Part shown: positions 28,678 to 39,142 of the stretch, in pieces
Layout of the letters: each line of letters starts with the position of its first letter
Numbering within the stretch: the first letter of the stretch is position 1
Origin: an uncultured Gammaproteobacteria bacterium
Lineage (GTDB): Bacteria; Patescibacteriota; Patescibacteriia; Magasanikbacterales; GWA2-37-8
DNA: 61,486 bases
Direction: 5' to 3'
Assembly: GCA_964511375.1 (NCBI GenBank)
Contig: CAZEEW010000007.1
Coordinates: 1-61,486, forward strand
Notes under the pieces: generated by a model
The model's database searches: none
What the model was told of the DNA's origin: nothing
What the model saw: only the letters and a program-made list of their open reading frames with translations
Program-made: the position numbers and the translations under genes

Positions 28678-29520
28678 ATGTCATATTTTCTTACTCCCTC
28701 GGAAATTCAATCGCTCTGTCAAAAATACGGTTTACGACCATCGAAAGACTATGGACAAAACTACCTTGTCAATCCTTTGCCTTTAGGTGAAATGGTTGAA
28801 GCCGGAGAAGTGTCGAGAGACGATGTGATAATAGAAGTCGGCCCTGGTTTTGGAGTTTTAACCTTTAGTCTTGTAGAAACAGCTAAAGAAGTTGTTGCTT
28901 TTGAGATTGAAAAAAAGTTAGAGCCGTACTGGCAGAAAAAAGTTAAAGAATTAGAATTAAATAATTTGGAAATAATTTGGGGGAATTTCCTACATTCATC
29001 CAAAGAACATCTGCAGGATATTGGGAAATATAAAGTAATTGCTAATATTCCTTACCAGATTACCTCGCCTTTAATCCGTCATTTTCTTGAAGAGTTAGAT
29101 AGCCCCCCAGAGATCTTAGTCTTAATGGTTCAAAAAGAAGTAGGGGAGAGAATTTGCGCTAAACCTGGGGACATGTCGTTATTGAGTTTGGCCGTACAAT
29201 TTTATGCCGAAGCCGAGATTGTCTCGTCCGTCCCTCGTACCTTTTTTTGGCCAGAACCTAAAGTAGATTCTGTAATTTTACGGCTTAAGAGTAAAACTAA
29301 GGCCAATTCTTCTGATGCCTCAGCTAACAAAAAGTTTTTTCACATTGCCAAAATCGGCTTCAGTCAAAAAAGAAAAAAACTTTTTAACAATCTTTTACCA
29401 CTCGTTGGTAAGGACAAAGATAAGTTACAAAATATCTTCCTAAAAACCAACCTTGACCCCAATGTTCGGGCTGAGGATCTAAACCTCGAAGAGTGGACAA
29501 GGCTCGCTAGTCATCTCTAA
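28678..29520 (+). CDS. rsmA: 16S rRNA (adenine1518/1519-N6)-dimethyltransferase
   Basis: GQNYLVNP, the SAM motif EVGPGFGVLT and NIPYQITSP. Confidence 0.9.
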   Translation: MSYFLTPSEIQSLCQKYGLRPSKDYGQNYLVNPLPLGEMVEAGEVSRDDVIIEVGPGFGVLTFSLVETAKEVVAFEIEKKLEPYWQKKVKELELNNLEIIWGNFLHSSKEHLQDIGKYKVIANIPYQITSPLIRHFLEELDSPPEILVLMVQKEVGERICAKPGDMSLLSLAVQFYAEAEIVSSVPRTFFWPEPKVDSVILRLKSKTKANSSDASANKKFFHIAKIGFSQKRKKLFNNLLPLVGKDKDKLQNIFLKTNLDPNVRAEDLNLEEWTRLASHL

Positions 29521-29562
29521 CTAATAATTTTGAATTATCCACTTACTCTCCAGTCTATTTTG

Positions 29563-29571
29563 TGTTATACT
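29563..29571 (+). promoter_or_regulatory. extended -10 promoter element ahead of the 29609/giant-gene pair
   Basis: TGtTATACT, within the recurring TGTGKTATWMT motif. Confidence 0.45.
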
Positions 29572-29608
29572 ATTAGCAATACAATAACACTAACTTACCT
29601 GGTATATT

Positions 29609-30274
29609 ATGCCTGACCAGGAAAATTCAAGCGTCGGTTTAACTAAAGAGCAAAAAACCGGTTTTGTCTTGCTTTTGGTTTTTGCACTTTTGGCCGTTGG
29701 TCTTGGAATAATGCAAATTAGAAATACTATTTACGGACCGTTTTCTTTAAACAAAAGCATCCCACTGTCTGTTAAGGATGAATTGGATCCAACTGTAACT
29801 TTAAAGTTTCGGGATACAGATAAAGACGGGTTAAATGATTTTGATGAAATTTATGTTTATAACACGAGCGCTTATTTATTAGACAGTGATTCCGACGGTA
29901 TTTCGGATAAATCTGAACTAGAAAAAGGCAGTGATCCGTTGTGTGCAGAAGGTAAAAGTTGTGAAGGTCCGATTATGAAAGGAGATGTTACCCTAACCAA
30001 TGGATTTGCTAGCAGTTCGTTGGCTACTTCCGGGGTTGACCCGAGTGCCGTGGCTGTCCAGCCAGTAGATTTGGCAACCATGCTACAAAATCCGGTGGAA
30101 GTGCGTAAAATGTTAGTCGAAGCCGGGATGGATGTGAAAATTTTAGACAGTATTACAGATAATGAATTGTTAGTCATGGTGGCAGAAATTTTAAACTCTA
30201 CTTCAACCATACAGAGCTTGGAAAGTATTAATAAACTTATGCCAACGAGCTCAAATAGTATTATTGGGCAATAA
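29609..30274 (+). CDS. membrane-anchored protein with thrombospondin-type-3-like Asp repeats
   Basis: 221 aa with one TM helix and DTDKDGLNDFDE and DSDSDGISDKSE repeats. Confidence 0.5.
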   Translation: MPDQENSSVGLTKEQKTGFVLLLVFALLAVGLGIMQIRNTIYGPFSLNKSIPLSVKDELDPTVTLKFRDTDKDGLNDFDEIYVYNTSAYLLDSDSDGISDKSELEKGSDPLCAEGKSCEGPIMKGDVTLTNGFASSSLATSGVDPSAVAVQPVDLATMLQNPVEVRKMLVEAGMDVKILDSITDNELLVMVAEILNSTSTIQSLESINKLMPTSSNSIIGQ

Positions 30275-30287
30275 TAATATAGTTTCT

Positions 30288-33200
30288 ATGCCAGAACGTT
30301 TTCGTCGTGCTAGCCTTGGAGCAATTTTAACCGTAATCATTTTTGTTCTAATTGGTTCTTTTGGGTTTGCTAGACCAGCCAACGCCGGGTTTCCTGTTAC
30401 TGTTTTGGCAGATTTACAATCACAGATGGAACAGGTTTACGCCATGATTAAAGAAAATTTGATGCAGGCGATTTTGCAGGGAGCAATTAATGCTGTTTCT
30501 TCCGCCATGAAGAAAATTGCCTATGATTCAGCTGTTTGGTTAGCTTCTGGCGGTAAGGGTCAGTCGCCATTTGCCCATACTAATAGCTTTGGTGACTACA
30601 TGGAAGAAGTGGCAGATGACGCTGGGGGACGGTTTATTGAAACCCTGGGCGATAGCTTGCATATGAACCTTTGTAATATCCCAGATGTTCGGGCTGATTT
30701 GAAATTAAGGATTGGTTTAAAACAGCGCTATGACCCAAGCACGGCAGTAAAAAGAGAATGTAAATTTTCTGAGTTTATAGAAAATTGGTCTTCCGGAGAT
30801 AATTGGGCAAGTCAATATGGTAGCGAAGATGCACTTTTAAAACGATTTAATGCTTCCATTGTGATGGAAGATACTGATTTCGGCATTTACTTAGATTCCG
30901 CTGTTAAACTTGATCAAACCATAACTAGACAGCAGGACGCTGCTAAGAGTGAGCGTTTGGAAGGAGGCGGTTGGAAGTCGTTAACAAGTTTAATCTCAGG
31001 AGATATTCTAACTCCTTCCCAGCAGATCCAACACGAGGCTAACGCTAATTTGCCAAGTGAACAAAACAAACGCAACGAACAACAGATTGGTTTTGCCATG
31101 GGTTCTGGTGCTTTCCAAATTATTCCCACCACACTCTCGACCTTTTTAAATACCCTGTCGAGCCAAATGTTAAAAAACTTCCAGACTAAAGGTATTTTGC
31201 CGTTTGGTATGTGTGTGGGAGGTTATGGCGGAGAACACTGTAAAGGCAATGACCCGGAATCCTACGAAGGCGCACGTGTGGGTGGACGACGAGCGGCTGA
31301 GGCATTATTCGCTGACTATCTCAACGTCAAAGTACATAGTGTTAGTGATTATCCAGTTTTAGACGAGTTTGTTGCCTGTGATGATGGCTACAACGCTTCG
31401 CCGAATAATTGTACAGTCGACCAGTCCTTTGCTAAAGCTATCGAAGAAGCGCGTTACTCTGATCCTTTGACTATTAAGCAAGCTGTAGAGCAAGGACTTC
31501 TCAATGGTTCCTGGAAGTTGATTTCTCCAAAGAACAAGGCCTTAAATAACGACAAGAATTGTCGTAACACGGCTTTTTGTTATAACAATATTAAAAAATT
31601 ACGTTTAGCCGGGATCCTACCGCTTGGTTTTGAGATCGCAGCTCTTAATGCTGATCCAGATACACCAGCTAGTTTAGATGATTATCTAAAAGGCTTCGAT
31701 GATTGTAATTATGTTGACCCGAACAACAAAGCTTTAGGTGTTTTAAATGATCAAAGCAACAAACCTTTTTGTCATTTAATTGATCCGAATTGGATTTTAA
31801 AAGTTGACTCAGCCAGATGTAACGCTAAAGTCTACGGTAATGAGGTGGCACCTAATGGTGACGGAAGCCGTATGGAAGAGTGTGTGGACATGTCGACTTG
31901 TGTTGGCTACAACCCAGATGGCTCATGTTATAGCTATGGTTATTGTTTACGAAGCCAGAATTACTGGGACTTTGATTTAGACAAATGTGATCGCCAGTAT
32001 GCTACTTGTGATGTATACTCGGATAAAAACGGAAATAGTGTTTCGTATTTGTCGCGTACTTTACAAACCGAAGATTGCACGAAAGAAAATGCTGGATGTA
32101 CAGCGTATAGTTTATTAAGAGTTGGAGGCGCTTGGATGAACCCTGTTACTCCTAGTGCCCAGGGCGCGATTACAATTTTCGGTGCCGGTGGCGGAAGTTT
32201 CCTAATACCTTCCTACGAGAATGCAGCTGTTCATTTTAATGATAGTGTCGACACAAGTTGTTCTGCGCAGTCAGCAGGATGTTCGGCTTTTAAAGTTTCT
32301 AGTTCCCAAAATACTGTTCTGTCTTTAAAAAAGGCTCCTGACTATTTGTATTGCTATGACGCTGACGTTGCTACGCGTGGTATCCAATGGCCAGTCACAT
32401 TTGCAGATCTTCAAAGAGTAAAAAATAATGCCAGTCCTGAATGCTCTAATTATACCGGTGTTTGTATTCCTAACGAAGTTGGGTGTGCTTTGTATACACC
32501 TCTCAGTTTTGTTGGCAGGGATATTCCGGGTAAATTTAAACCCGCCGAAGTTGTTAGCGGGCAGCTTGTTTGGAATGACCAGTGTGACAAAAGTTGTGTC
32601 GGCTATGATGCGTATAAGGAGATGCCTTCCACCTATGCCAGTGGTCATGATCCGGTATATATTATCCCGGGAGACGCGGCTGCTTGCCGAATTGAAGATG
32701 AAGGATGTAGTAGCTTTACTAATTTAAGTACTACCGCCGGTCAGCAAGAAAAGGTAGAATATTATTCTTATCTTCGTTCTTGTGTTAAACCTGGCCCAAA
32801 TGTTAGTCAAAAGAATTTTTATACTTATGAAGGGTCAGTTGTTGGTGGTTATCAGTTGCAAGTATTTACTTTGCAATCAGAAAATGGCGCACCAAAGTAT
32901 TCTTATCGCGATCAAGCCGAAAAAACACGCTTAGAAGCACAATGTACCCCCGAGCTGTATCGTAAAGGCCAAGCTAGCCCTGATTGTCGTCAGTTTAACG
33001 ATGAAGCGGGAAATATTTATTATGCTTTGTTATCCAAAACTATTGTTGTTTCTGACCAATGTACACCATATCGTTTGAATTCCTCAGACTTTCCACCCGG
33101 CCAATGCTACCAAAACGGGGAATACAGAGATGGTTTCTGCTATTATTATGGCCTCCCAGCTGGTGTAGAAAGCAAAGCTGGAGCAAGTCGTAGTTGTAGT

Positions 33201-36200
33201 GCGAGTGTTGAAAGCTGTCGCGCCTATAAAGGCAACTCAGCGAACAGAACCCAAAAATTATTTGAGGATACTTTTGAAGCTGGTACACCAGAAGCAGCTT
33301 TATCTGGTTGGAACCAAAGCAACGGAGGATCAATAAGCCAATCGCCAGAATCTACTCGTCGCGGTGAACATTCTTTAGGGTTTAGCGGAAACAGTAGCTT
33401 TAGTAGAACTGTAAATGTTCGTCCCGGTCGTAGTTATATCTTAAGTTTCTGGGCCAAAGGTAATTCGCCAAGTTTGAATGTTGAATTCCAAAATAGTACT
33501 GGAAATTTTGGTAGAGTTGGTGTTGGTGCGACCTGGCAGAATTATCGTTTAGGTCCAACTGAGTATACGGGCACAGCTACTTCCACCGTGATTCGGTTTA
33601 GTGTAAGTGGCAGTACCCAGGTATATGTAGATAATGTTGAGCTAGTTGAAGTAACCGACTATTTGTATTTAGTAAAAAATAAACTAACTGTTCCCGATGT
33701 TTGTGATAGTAATAAGTTAGACGACCAACCGGGCGAAGCCCTCGGGTGTTCGGCTTATCGCAGTTCGGGTACACAAAATAATGAGTTCTATCTGACTGGA
33801 TTTAGTTACTTATGCCGCGACGAAGCTTTGGGTTGTACAGCCTTGTTAGATACATATAATACAGTTGATGACCCCGGACCTTCAGCGTATAATGTCTGGT
33901 TTAGTGGTGCTGGTGGTAGCTTGGTTAAGAAGACTATTCAAGGAAAAGAATATTCTTGTCAGATTCAGGCGGGTAAAGACGGTTGTTATGTTAATATCCA
34001 AGGTGTCGAAGCATCGGTTATAGATGCTATTTCCGGAGTATCGTTTGTTACTTCTTCTCAATATATTCCCGCTGACACTCCTTCCTCTACGCCAATTTAT
34101 CTAGTTGCTAACCAGGCTGGTTCCTGTAATGCTGTGGATCTTGGTTGTACGCTTGCGGGTAAGCAAGAGTTTGGACCAAGGGGCGCCCAGTATACGACAA
34201 CTACCATTAAGAATTTACCAGCTAATTACAGTAGCTCACTTTGTACAAACGAAGCAGTGGGTTGTACTGCTTACGGGTTTAATCAAGGCACTACTTATTT
34301 CAAAGATCCGAAAATTTTTGGTAACAAGGTTTGCGAATACAAAACTGGCGTATCTGTAGATAGTGTTAAATCCAACGGGTGGTTCTGGAAGGGAGTCGGT
34401 AAGTGTTCGAATACAGCGTCCACCAATTCTTTCTGTGAGAGTGATAAAGACTGTGAAATATTTAATGCTGGACTTATTGGTGGTGCCACTTCAAAATGTC
34501 AGAATATCGGCAGCCAACCTTGTTATTCAGATTATGTTCAAAATGGTGAATATGGTTTGTGGTCTAGTGGCAACGAAGACAAATACCAGAATTTCGTTGG
34601 TGAATGCCCGTCTAGCCAGAGCTCGTGTACTGAGTTTGTTGATCATAACAAAGGAGCCAATGTCAGCTATTATTTCTTACAGAATGAAAAATTAAAAACC
34701 AAACAAGATGCTTGTCAAGGGCAAGTAAGTGAAAAACTCGGTTGTATTTTACTGGATCAAACTGATCAGCCAAGTAAATACTGGAGTACGGCCTCTACCT
34801 ACCTCCTAAGTGAAAAGAACGGTTTTGCCTCAGTTACCCCTGACTCAACAGGTACGAAGGATGCAAACTTGATTGTGAAGGTTACTCAGAATCGTAAGTG
34901 TGCTGAGTGGTTGGCTTGCAACAGTTCGCAAACTGTATTTGATCCTGACACTAATTCATACAAAGAGGTTTGTATTGATTTAGGGATCTGTAACAAAGCT
35001 CAATTGAGCGACACTATTATCGGCCAGTGTGCTAGTTGGGTTGACACTAGCAAAGCAGATAGCTCCGGACAAGTTATTAAGAACAAAATGTTAACTAATA
35101 ATGGCAGTGGATATAACTATCTACGTCGTGACGTGTCTTTCTACGGAAAAGACTTTACTGGTTACAGTTTGTTTAATAGTTACCAAATTGATGATTTGTC
35201 TTCTAGCCCAATCGGTAGTAAAGGTTTAGGCTTTAAAATTAATAACACCACCTACGTGTCTCCATCAAATGCTTCTACTACAGTCGCCTCCTCTTGCCGT
35301 GGTTATCCCGAGCCTTTCTCACCATTTCCTTTTGAAGCCAAATTTAATTCACAGATAGCTCCGAGAACTTGTTCGGAAGGAGAAAATTGTGATTGCTCTT
35401 ATACAAAAGGAGTATTTGGAGACAGTAATGAAACAATAGAAAAGTATTATTCTCTTGGAAAAGTATTTGGCCCTGAAGGCGTTTGTCGTGGCGGATTAGA
35501 TGTTGAGGGTGGTTCAAAAGATGGGTTGGCATGTTTAAGCAATGAAGACTGTCTTGACGATAGGATTATTGTAAAAGATTACCTTGGTATTGCTGCTACG
35601 GCCTCGAACGGAACTTGTATGCAAAGACGAAAAGAAGAAAGCAAGAAGTACACGGGCTGGCAAGGTTACTGCTTAGATTTTAATGCTAATACCGCTCACT
35701 GTGACTTGTGGTTTCCTATAGATACGCCATCAAATTCAGTTAACAGGTACAATTTATTTTCTTCTGCTGGTTATTTACCTGCTGACTCCTCAGGCAAGTA
35801 TTGGTGTCTACAGGCAAAAGGTAATTCAAATATAGGTACAGGAAACGGTTCTTATAAGTACACTACTCGAGTAGATGATAATTATTTATTGAATCAATAC
35901 TTCTGGGATTATTGGGCTTCTTCAAACGATTGGAATATGGTAATTCCAAGATCACAGCATGTTAGAAAGACGTGGGTTGATATTGAAATACCTGCCAACG
36001 AACAAGAAAACAAACTTCATTACTCAGAGATTGTCGCGGTAGGAATCGAGCCTACTTCAAGGGTCGGTGGAACAGATCGTTTTAAATCAGAAATATTCAT
36101 ATTTAGAGACCAGCAAGTCAATGGAAAACAAATAGATAGGGGGGTGTATTGGGCCAGCCCGCTGGAAATAACGTTGAACGGAGATTTGGTTATGGAGTTC

Positions 36201-38624
36201 TTTTGGCAAGAAAATCTATCTTCAGAACGACCGTCTTTTGAAGCCTTTAATCTTTCAAAGTGTAATTTGTATAGCGATATAGAAGGCGAAGATTATAACG
36301 CCATGGGTATGAGGTTGATCTTTGACGGAAATACAGGACTTCTTAAGAAATTTTGGTCGAAAAGCTGTGACGCTTCTGCTAAGTCAGGTGGTATCAAGGT
36401 CAAATTAAATGTTTATCTCACAGAAGTTTGTGAGGACGTAAGAAAAGTTGTTGATACAGAAAGTACTGATGCAAAAAACGAGCCATTCGGTATTAAGGCT
36501 AAAGCTCGAACCGATAGAATATGGAAGAATAGTAAATATAAATTAGGTGGTGATCCCGAAGCTTCTGTTTTGTCCCTTTCCTACGATCAGATGTTCACGC
36601 CGTTTGGTTCTTTTAACCGGGATAAAGATCCAAATATTACAAGTTTGAAAACCTATCTTAATGCGGCTACATCAAAAAATGATAAACCGACAATGGGAGA
36701 AAAAATAAACAGGTTATCAAATGCTGGGTACTGGCCAATTTGGTTAGCACCCGGAGGTGGTACCCCTTTAAATTGCGCCAATAAAAATGGCGGTTCGTGC
36801 GGCGGTGGCTCTTATTGTCAGGACATGCCAAACGGAGAAATAGTACCTTGTGATCCTGAAGAAAACGACGGAAGACCTTTAGTCTGTCGAGTCCCAGTAG
36901 AATCTACTTGTGAGTTGCGCCCTAATATAAATGTTTGTACAGGTGGACCAAAAAATCAACTCACATGTAATAATAACGCTGATTGTAATACGTCGGGAGT
37001 CGTGGTTACATGTCAAGAGCCCAGACGTCAAAGTGCCTGTTTGGTAGGTCTCTATGATGGAGATTTTTATAACACACGCTTGCCGTGTTCCAGTTACAAT
37101 AGTATTCTGCTAGACAATGTATTTTTAGATCGTTGGGAATCCTACGAGACCTCTGCTAACACTTGTGCAAGATATCCTCAGGTTAAGAGACTTGTAGAGG
37201 AGCTTTCAAACGGTGACAACCATGTGAACGGACTTGAAATTACTTGTGGTGTTAATGACGGCAATAAATTGATGGATACCAGTGGGCGCATACTAGATTA
37301 CAATGATACCAATACAGTGTCTGGGGTGAAGTTTTGTGGGCTTCAAGCAGAAGGAGAAAGTAATTACACTTATTATCCTACTAGGGCACAAACTTGTAAC
37401 GCGGCATCAGATTGTAGTATCACCGAGCAGTTTCTTTGTGAACCTTCAGAAAATAATGATAGAAAATTTTGTAATGGCGGACAGAGAATGGGGTATGATT
37501 GTACTGATAAGGATGATGATTACTGTCGAACTGTAATATACGATGGTATAACTTCGGTTGGGTACGCTTCTCATCGTTGTGTTAATACTGAAGGCACAGC
37601 TGGCTATTGTATTGGTGGAGAAAGGCATGGACTGGTTTGCGCCGGTAATACTGATTGTCCGGCAAAAACTTCTACTGGCATAAATGGCCAAACTATCAAC
37701 GAATATGGTGTTTGTGTTGGTAGTACCCTAGACCCGGGGAAAACGGTGCCTTCTACAAGCCCGGTTGCTCGTTCAATGGAGAGGTTATATGAATTATTTG
37801 TATCTTGGTATGGAACGTGGAAATTTGATCAGGCCACTGGAAGATACGCAGAAAATGATACAGGAGGAATTTTCGATGGAAGTATAACAACACGTACTAA
37901 TGATTACGAAACAGGATGTAATGGTAATGGTTATCCGAATGAACACGGGTGCAATAAGAATGCCAACGTTAATTATAAAAAACCAGAAATTCATGCTGTA
38001 AAAAGACCGGGTGTACAGAAGAATATATGGGGTGATGTTAACACTTTCTCGTTGAATGCTAACGATGGTAAAAAGGAAGTAAGAATTACTGGAGGCGGGG
38101 CTGTAAATCTTCAATTTTTTGCCTACGCAGACAACAATCAGATGCCTTTGACTCGTATTAAGGTTGACTGGGGCGACAGTACCTCTCCCTATATTACACA
38201 GGGTTGGTTTAAAAATCACAAATTGATCTGTAATCCAGGTAGATCATACATGTTTTGTGGAAATGGAACTAATTTTAACATGCCTTGTAAAACTACAGAC
38301 GATTGTGGAGAAAATGGAGAATGTAACTCAGAGGGTTCAGAGGCGAGGCTGTTTTTTGGGAATTCGGGTGATGCTTGTCAGGAAGGTTATTTTGAATTCA
38401 CTCATTATTATAGTTGTACTGAAGGTGGACCAGGTTGGGTGGCAAGTAGAAATCAATGTGAATTTGTGCCTCGGGTTCAGGTAATGGATAATTGGGGGTG
38501 GTGTAGCGGAAGTTGTATAACAGGCGGAGGGTGCTATAATGGAGCCCCAAAGCAGTGCGATAATACGATGTTTGTTAATGATCATTGGGTAAATTATGGT
38601 AATAAAATAATAATAAAACCTTGA
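30288..38624 (+). CDS. giant (~2778 aa) secreted Cys-rich surface protein with CBM-like and PKD-like modules
   Basis: Uninterrupted 8.3-kb frame. Signal/TM region ILTVIIFVLIGSFGFARPANA, recurring G-C-[STA]-x-[YFL] motifs, a CBM4/9-like jelly-roll (~33255-33655) and a PKD-like KVDWGDS near the C-terminus. ATG 30288 is preferred over TTG 30264. Confidence 0.8.
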   Translation: MPERFRRASLGAILTVIIFVLIGSFGFARPANAGFPVTVLADLQSQMEQVYAMIKENLMQAILQGAINAVSSAMKKIAYDSAVWLASGGKGQSPFAHTNSFGDYMEEVADDAGGRFIETLGDSLHMNLCNIPDVRADLKLRIGLKQRYDPSTAVKRECKFSEFIENWSSGDNWASQYGSEDALLKRFNASIVMEDTDFGIYLDSAVKLDQTITRQQDAAKSERLEGGGWKSLTSLISGDILTPSQQIQHEANANLPSEQNKRNEQQIGFAMGSGAFQIIPTTLSTFLNTLSSQMLKNFQTKGILPFGMCVGGYGGEHCKGNDPESYEGARVGGRRAAEALFADYLNVKVHSVSDYPVLDEFVACDDGYNASPNNCTVDQSFAKAIEEARYSDPLTIKQAVEQGLLNGSWKLISPKNKALNNDKNCRNTAFCYNNIKKLRLAGILPLGFEIAALNADPDTPASLDDYLKGFDDCNYVDPNNKALGVLNDQSNKPFCHLIDPNWILKVDSARCNAKVYGNEVAPNGDGSRMEECVDMSTCVGYNPDGSCYSYGYCLRSQNYWDFDLDKCDRQYATCDVYSDKNGNSVSYLSRTLQTEDCTKENAGCTAYSLLRVGGAWMNPVTPSAQGAITIFGAGGGSFLIPSYENAAVHFNDSVDTSCSAQSAGCSAFKVSSSQNTVLSLKKAPDYLYCYDADVATRGIQWPVTFADLQRVKNNASPECSNYTGVCIPNEVGCALYTPLSFVGRDIPGKFKPAEVVSGQLVWNDQCDKSCVGYDAYKEMPSTYASGHDPVYIIPGDAAACRIEDEGCSSFTNLSTTAGQQEKVEYYSYLRSCVKPGPNVSQKNFYTYEGSVVGGYQLQVFTLQSENGAPKYSYRDQAEKTRLEAQCTPELYRKGQASPDCRQFNDEAGNIYYALLSKTIVVSDQCTPYRLNSSDFPPGQCYQNGEYRDGFCYYYGLPAGVESKAGASRSCSASVESCRAYKGNSANRTQKLFEDTFEAGTPEAALSGWNQSNGGSISQSPESTRRGEHSLGFSGNSSFSRTVNVRPGRSYILSFWAKGNSPSLNVEFQNSTGNFGRVGVGATWQNYRLGPTEYTGTATSTVIRFSVSGSTQVYVDNVELVEVTDYLYLVKNKLTVPDVCDSNKLDDQPGEALGCSAYRSSGTQNNEFYLTGFSYLCRDEALGCTALLDTYNTVDDPGPSAYNVWFSGAGGSLVKKTIQGKEYSCQIQAGKDGCYVNIQGVEASVIDAISGVSFVTSSQYIPADTPSSTPIYLVANQAGSCNAVDLGCTLAGKQEFGPRGAQYTTTTIKNLPANYSSSLCTNEAVGCTAYGFNQGTTYFKDPKIFGNKVCEYKTGVSVDSVKSNGWFWKGVGKCSNTASTNSFCESDKDCEIFNAGLIGGATSKCQNIGSQPCYSDYVQNGEYGLWSSGNEDKYQNFVGECPSSQSSCTEFVDHNKGANVSYYFLQNEKLKTKQDACQGQVSEKLGCILLDQTDQPSKYWSTASTYLLSEKNGFASVTPDSTGTKDANLIVKVTQNRKCAEWLACNSSQTVFDPDTNSYKEVCIDLGICNKAQLSDTIIGQCASWVDTSKADSSGQVIKNKMLTNNGSGYNYLRRDVSFYGKDFTGYSLFNSYQIDDLSSSPIGSKGLGFKINNTTYVSPSNASTTVASSCRGYPEPFSPFPFEAKFNSQIAPRTCSEGENCDCSYTKGVFGDSNETIEKYYSLGKVFGPEGVCRGGLDVEGGSKDGLACLSNEDCLDDRIIVKDYLGIAATASNGTCMQRRKEESKKYTGWQGYCLDFNANTAHCDLWFPIDTPSNSVNRYNLFSSAGYLPADSSGKYWCLQAKGNSNIGTGNGSYKYTTRVDDNYLLNQYFWDYWASSNDWNMVIPRSQHVRKTWVDIEIPANEQENKLHYSEIVAVGIEPTSRVGGTDRFKSEIFIFRDQQVNGKQIDRGVYWASPLEITLNGDLVMEFFWQENLSSERPSFEAFNLSKCNLYSDIEGEDYNAMGMRLIFDGNTGLLKKFWSKSCDASAKSGGIKVKLNVYLTEVCEDVRKVVDTESTDAKNEPFGIKAKARTDRIWKNSKYKLGGDPEASVLSLSYDQMFTPFGSFNRDKDPNITSLKTYLNAATSKNDKPTMGEKINRLSNAGYWPIWLAPGGGTPLNCANKNGGSCGGGSYCQDMPNGEIVPCDPEENDGRPLVCRVPVESTCELRPNINVCTGGPKNQLTCNNNADCNTSGVVVTCQEPRRQSACLVGLYDGDFYNTRLPCSSYNSILLDNVFLDRWESYETSANTCARYPQVKRLVEELSNGDNHVNGLEITCGVNDGNKLMDTSGRILDYNDTNTVSGVKFCGLQAEGESNYTYYPTRAQTCNAASDCSITEQFLCEPSENNDRKFCNGGQRMGYDCTDKDDDYCRTVIYDGITSVGYASHRCVNTEGTAGYCIGGERHGLVCAGNTDCPAKTSTGINGQTINEYGVCVGSTLDPGKTVPSTSPVARSMERLYELFVSWYGTWKFDQATGRYAENDTGGIFDGSITTRTNDYETGCNGNGYPNEHGCNKNANVNYKKPEIHAVKRPGVQKNIWGDVNTFSLNANDGKKEVRITGGGAVNLQFFAYADNNQMPLTRIKVDWGDSTSPYITQGWFKNHKLICNPGRSYMFCGNGTNFNMPCKTTDDCGENGECNSEGSEARLFFGNSGDACQEGYFEFTHYYSCTEGGPGWVASRNQCEFVPRVQVMDNWGWCSGSCITGGGCYNGAPKQCDNTMFVNDHWVNYGNKIIIKP

Positions 38625-38633
38625 CATTAAGAA

Positions 38634-38662
38634 TAAAAAAACACCTTTAGAGGTGTTTTTTT
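38634..38662. terminator. bidirectional intrinsic terminator
   Basis: AAAAAAACACCT-TTAG-AGGTGTTTTTTT, a perfect hairpin flanked by an A-run and a T-run. Confidence 0.75.
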
Positions 38663-38707
38663 ATGTCCAAAATAATCTTTAGAGTTAAACATTGCTTTGG
38701 AGTGAGC

Positions 38708-38729
38708 GCCCGCCTTGAGGGTGGCGGGC
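38708..38729 (-). terminator. GC-rich hairpin at the 3' end of the high-GC gene
   Basis: GCCCGCC (38708-38714) pairs with GGCGGGC (38723-38729). It overlaps the TAG stop. Confidence 0.5.
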
Positions 38730-39142
38730 TACCCGTTCTTCTCGTACCAGGTCCCATCGCAGTAGGACCTGGCCGTGGGGTTGTCGGTGGGAGCACCGAA
38801 GTACTCCAGACCGTCGTTCCATCCGTAGCACAGCCACAGGCCGTCTTGCTGCAGTTCGAGCCTGCAACCAGAGGCTGGGCAGTCACCATTGTTGGTGAGG
38901 GCGAAGGAGTCGCCGGCCGACGTGATGTCGACCGGTGAGGAGGTGTCAGCGTCGCCCCCGGGGGCGACGCAGGAACGGGGGTCGTCGGCGGGGTAGTCCC
39001 CGCAGAGCGGCCCCTGATGGGTCGAATCGGCCCCGACGCGGATGTCAGAGCCGAGTTCCCCGCCGGACGATTCCGGCGAGGTCTCGCAGCCGGCCCCCGA
39101 GAGGGCCAGCGCGATGAGGGTGGCGGTGAACCAGTAGTTCAT
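38729..39142 (-). CDS. high-GC small secreted/lipoprotein-like Cys-rich protein (foreign composition)
   Basis: 137 aa from ATG 39142, preceded by the strong SD GGAGGAGGAAAG. Signal peptide MNYWFTATLIALALSGAGC. Third codon positions are almost all G/C in this frame only. Confidence 0.7.
   Translation of the reverse strand: MNYWFTATLIALALSGAGCETSPESSGGELGSDIRVGADSTHQGPLCGDYPADDPRSCVAPGGDADTSSPVDITSAGDSFALTNNGDCPASGCRLELQQDGLWLCYGWNDGLEYFGAPTDNPTARSYCDGTWYEKNG

Noticed and set aside
30264-30287. TTG start of the giant gene overlapping the previous gene.
   Set aside because: ATG 30288 lies after the upstream stop (30274) and directly precedes the charged N-region and hydrophobic signal sequence.
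38663-39117. Plus-strand ORFs 38663-38938 and 38935-39117 and minus-strand ORF 38685-38867 within the high-GC island.
   Set aside because: The Arg/Pro/Gly-rich translations are typical of wrong-frame reading in GC-rich DNA. G/C-dominated third positions, an SD, a signal peptide and a terminator all fit only the minus-strand frame ending at 38729.
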